Source of the DNA: Ostrea edulis
Taxonomy: Eukaryota
NCBI RefSeq assembly: GCF_947568905.1
Contig: NC_079170.1
Span: 1,612,001-1,676,000 of the forward strand
Direction: 5' to 3'
Length of the DNA: 64,000 nucleotides
Position numbers and translations under genes: made by a program. This document shows, in pieces, positions 62,081 through 64,000 of this stretch (within the stretch, counting starts at the first letter, position 1; each line of letters starts with the position of its first letter). A model generated the notes under the pieces. The model was not told where the DNA came from. It saw only the letters and a program-made list of their open reading frames with translations, and did no database searches.

Positions 62081-62469
62081 ATATTGGGACTATGATCTAG
62101 AGAATGACATGCGACTAATAGATTTCTCCCTAATGATGAGTAATTCGTGTCTTTAAGGATGATTTTCAAATATGTTTAGTATGCGACGCATTTTAAACTT
62201 CTGTCCTGGACCTAAGGAAGGGGAATCATAATTTGAACAATCTTGAATCTATTCTATATTGTAAGAGAGCATGATTGTTTTTTTTGTTTTGTTTTTTCAC
62301 CTTGAATACACACAGAACATTCTTTTGAATATCTAAACAGGTGAGAGACAAAACACCTTATGCATTTTATAATGAAACGTTGCTACACAAATTTGGAAAG
62401 TTGTACACTTTTGATTTTGAAACAAATTATTCTTTTATCAAGTTAAATTAGATATATCGAAAATGTGAT

Positions 62470-63150
62470 TTCAATATAAGCAATATAAGTTTACTAAAAA
62501 TTTTGTATATTTTTTTTAGAATCCCCATTCGATTTACACCACTTCTGGTATATGTAGACACACAGTGTCTTTTAAGTTTCTCCTTCACAGCTTTTAACAT
62601 TTTCGTGAGGGGCAAAGTTAGGGGTTTGGTAGAACATTTATGGGATCCAGCAATGTATCTTTATGTGTAAGGGTTTTTATAAAATTTAGGAATCCAGTAT
62701 AGGTATAGTAATTCATATTCATCCGACCTAATGACTGGGATAAAACTGAAGCATGGTTTTGAAGAATTTGTCTTTTGAAATGGCAGTTGGAGTATAGGTA
62801 AGATTACCAAAAGTAGAAGTAATGCTTAGTTCGTTTAAAATACAGTTGTAATATTGAGCCTTACAAACAAAGAGAATGTTTTTACAAGCTTTGTCAGGTG
62901 GAACCAAACATAGTCCTCATGTAACCTATATAATTCCTTTATCACTTCTGGTTTACTAAACACAGAAGGATAGATGGTACGTAATTTTGTTTACATATAT
63001 CTAATGCGGGATTTTAATATTACTCTTATACTTTTAATCCATTCTGAATATGTATCAAGTTCTTTTTCATATTTAGCCCATCGTCTGATATAATCCCCAA
63101 CAGAATTCATAATATAAATGAAGTTCTATCGTCAATTGAAAGACCGAGGT
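62470..63150 (-). mobile_element. Degenerate Penelope-like RT N-terminal fragment
   Basis: tactggattccta (YWIP), gctggatcc...tgttctaccaaacc (AGS..CSTKP), agtggtgtaaatcga (SGVN). Confidence 0.8.
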
Positions 63151-63304
63151 TCTCTGTATTTAGGATTGTTTAGAATACGTAATTTGATGTCTTCATTTTC
63201 AACTACATGTATATCACAATTATATGCATTTTCATTACAACTTCTACTACATTTCAAATGCCTATTTATATCTGCCACTTGCACCATTTTATCACTAGCT
63301 GAAT

Positions 63305-63720
63305 ATGCATAGTTTTATTGATGAGTGGCAAAATGCACGGGTTACCTCACTGTATAAAACTGGTGAAAATGTTTTGGTCAATAACTACCGTCCAGTGTCT
63401 GTTCTGCCTATTATCAGCAAAATTATTGAAAGACATGTTTACAATTATTTTTACGAATACCTAATACATCAGGATCTTATCAATGAAAAACAGTCTGGTT
63501 TTAAACCCAAGCATTCATGCGAAACAGCTCTTCATAGTATAATTGAAAAATGGTTACGAAACATTGACAATGGAAAACTTATTCTTATTTGTAGATCTAA
63601 GTAAAGCTTTTGACACGGGAAATCATGACGTATTACTTCACAAACTACTGTCTTTTGGAATATGTGAACATTCACACAATTGGTTTAAATCTTATTTGAC
63701 AAATAGATCACAATCACTGC
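63305..63720 (+). mobile_element. CR1/L2-type LINE RT fragment
   Basis: NNYRPVSVLPIISKIIER, QSGFKPKHSCETAL, VDLSKAFDT. Confidence 0.9.
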
Positions 63721-64000
63721 ATGAAAAAATAACTTTACAAAACTTTACTTCGGAAGTAAATTCTCCTAAAGGTTAACCAAAAATCAAGGTTACCTTTGCG
63801 TCAACTTTACTTTAATTAAAGAAGCAATGGTTATCTTTAAGTAAGTTTACGCGAAATTAAACCTATAAAGATCACCTTTAAACTCCTTTACTTTCAACAT
63901 TTGGTTAAAGATGACCTTTTACGATTTACTTCGCATTAAATATATTCTTTAAGTTCCTTTACTTCTAACAAATTAAAAAAAAATGTAGTGAAAAAAAGGG

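Overview
AT-rich, intron-containing eukaryotic DNA, most likely from a bivalve mollusc (oyster-like repeat repertoire, inferred), with one assembly gap (N at 30769-30930). Three protein-coding genes can be built by hand from GT-AG junctions and phases. (1) MRPL46 on +, 6 exons, 3028-7451, 288 aa. (2) CXXC1/CFP1 on -, 14 coding exons, 28952-11433, 564 aa; its 8.6 kb intron (17533-26191) holds three minisatellites, a 456-bp inverted templated insertion and Helentron-type elements. (3) An unnamed multi-exon gene on - (at least 56973-38692, possibly from 62036) whose phase-1 exons join as Ig-Ig-Ig, DZIP3-type HEPN (RNAFAH = R-X4-H), two TRADD-N-like repeats and about 8 ankyrin repeats, with no NTPase, signal peptide or TM segment seen. 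This is the best candidate for an undescribed intracellular immune sensor/RNase. The rest is mobile DNA: about 18 fragments of a Penelope-like (Naiad-type) retroelement, RTE and CR1/L2 LINE pieces, three SINEs, a near-intact Tc1 element, MITEs, and a non-autonomous TIR element with a 6-bp TSD and palindromic AGAGATATCTCT arrays. Short tandem duplications repeatedly copy splice sites or exon ends in both housekeeping genes. All domain calls rest on motif recognition by eye; no searches were run.
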